The position numbers were made by a program, and so were the translations under genes. A stretch of DNA of 63,251 nucleotides, the filler included, from Reticulomyxa filosa (taxonomy: Eukaryota; Protista; Foraminifera), in assembly GCA_000512085.1 (NCBI GenBank). It is 20 parts of 20 records of this genome, joined end to end, with 100 filler letters (N's around TTAATTAATTAA, not from the genome) between each part and the next. Parts side by side here need not be neighbours in the genome. Positions count along the whole stretch, not along the records: positions 62,252 to 63,251 come from ASPP01050014.1; 19 more parts are not named here. One strand, given 5' to 3'. Below, piece after piece: positions 62,152 to 63,251 of the stretch (position 1 is the stretch's first letter; every line of letters starts with the position of its first letter). The notes under the pieces are model-generated. The model searched no databases and was not told where the DNA came from. It saw only the letters and a program-made list of their open reading frames with translations.

Positions 62152-63000
62152 NNNNNNNNNNNNNNNNNNNNNNNNNNNNNNNNNNNNNNNNNNNNTTAAT
62201 TAATTAANNNNNNNNNNNNNNNNNNNNNNNNNNNNNNNNNNNNNNNNNNNNAATGACCATATTGAAGGCTACGCAGAATACATTGAAGAAAATTCCAATT
62301 TTTTTTAAGTTGTCAAGACTTGGATGCTCATAAATGTCCCTTCGGCCAAGTTTATCAAAACACAAATTTCAAATCGGAACATGTGCAAATGAAAAACAGT
62401 GGTCGTTTGGAAGATAATGAAATTGAACTTACCAATTATCCTAACCTTTCAAAAAGCAAAAAAAGAATTGAAAACAAATTAGTGGATAATACTGTGTGAT
62501 CGAAGTGAGAAAAAAGTTGGTTTCACAGAAATAAAAAAAAACCTCCTTTTTTTGAACCTATTAAATGATAAAACTCCCCTCCCCCCCCTCCTTTATCTCC
62601 TTTTTGTTGGATATGAAGGCCTCGGCCATAAAGAAGGGGGAAAGAAGAACCAAGCAATAGAAAATCGCAAAAATGAGCCAACATTAACACATGAATTGAA
62701 AAATGATATTGGACAGTCGAGCAAAGATGAAGAATGGCGTGGACGACAAGATCATTTAAACTGCCACGTTCCCATAGGATTTCCAAAATGTCCACCAAAA
62801 TTGAAGCGTCTGACAAAAATTTGTAACAAATTTACTATTGTTTGGTATATCATGTGTGATAACGGATAAAAGGAAATTACGATCAATGGCGTGCCTTTCA
62901 ATGGAAAAGAGGATTGGGCTAGTGCAATGATGAAAAGAGGTTTCAGAAAGGGGGGAGCAAAGAACCTACCAAGAACGAAGAAGAAGAGAGCCAGAACAGA

Positions 63001-63237
63001 CTATCCAAAATCACTTGATTCTATCTTCGATCGAGGGATGAGAGCATTGTGATTTTCACAATCAACGCAGAAGTATACGTACTTCTTTATGAACTGGATC
63101 AATTCAAATATTAATGAGTGTTCAGTTTTTACACTTTGCATACGCACACATCGAATGGAATCGACCCAATCTTGCACTTGAGATTGAGTTTCACAAACAA
63201 ATCTCCACTTGAAACCTGTTGTCCAACTATACGACAA
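63001..63237 (-). CDS. Possible C-terminal PH-domain segment
   Basis: KWRFVCETQSQVQDWVDSIR fits the last strand and Trp helix of a PH domain. Confidence 0.4.
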   Translation of the reverse strand: MSYSWTTGFKWRFVCETQSQVQDWVDSIRCVRMQSVKTEHSLIFELIQFIKKYVYFCVDCENHNALIPRSKIESSDFG

Positions 63238-63251
63238 AAAAAAAAAAAAAA

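Noticed and set aside
62252-63000. Broken plus-strand ORFs in the last contig
   Set aside because: Multiple stops and no recognisable motif.

Overview
This window is not one locus. It is 20 short eukaryotic contigs joined by 19 artificial 100-bp spacers (N44-TTAATTAATTAA-N44), so only within-contig adjacency is meaningful. The DNA is AT-rich, has short GT-AG introns and uses the standard code. Hallmark expanded families (WD40 ending IRFWDIRSNK, Kelch KNEYKFICEYPSDV, RNF213-like AAA ATPase, glycine-rich GSGGG family) point to the freshwater foraminiferan Reticulomyxa filosa; this is recognition, not a search result. Recognisable genes: WDR7-like, RNF213-like, PH-BEACH, TLDc, tandem NDP kinase, Aurora kinase, CEP120-like C2, SINA/SIAH E3, DDX27, RCC1-like, SDP1/TGL patatin lipase, ATG12, a prenylation-motif ankyrin protein and SYLF. 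There are also many pseudogenes (SERCA, pyridoxal kinase fused to a midasin fragment, WD40, Kelch, a kinase), two retrotransposon remnants, a Tc1/mariner-like terminus at three contig ends and other small repeats. The best leads are: an intronless gene joining a Lys-rich N-terminus to a domain I recognise from bacterial/phage hypothetical proteins (44209-44886); signs of DNA-level gene-fragment shuffling; and poly(A)-type 3' splice acceptors. No confirmed novel system can be claimed from the sequence alone.
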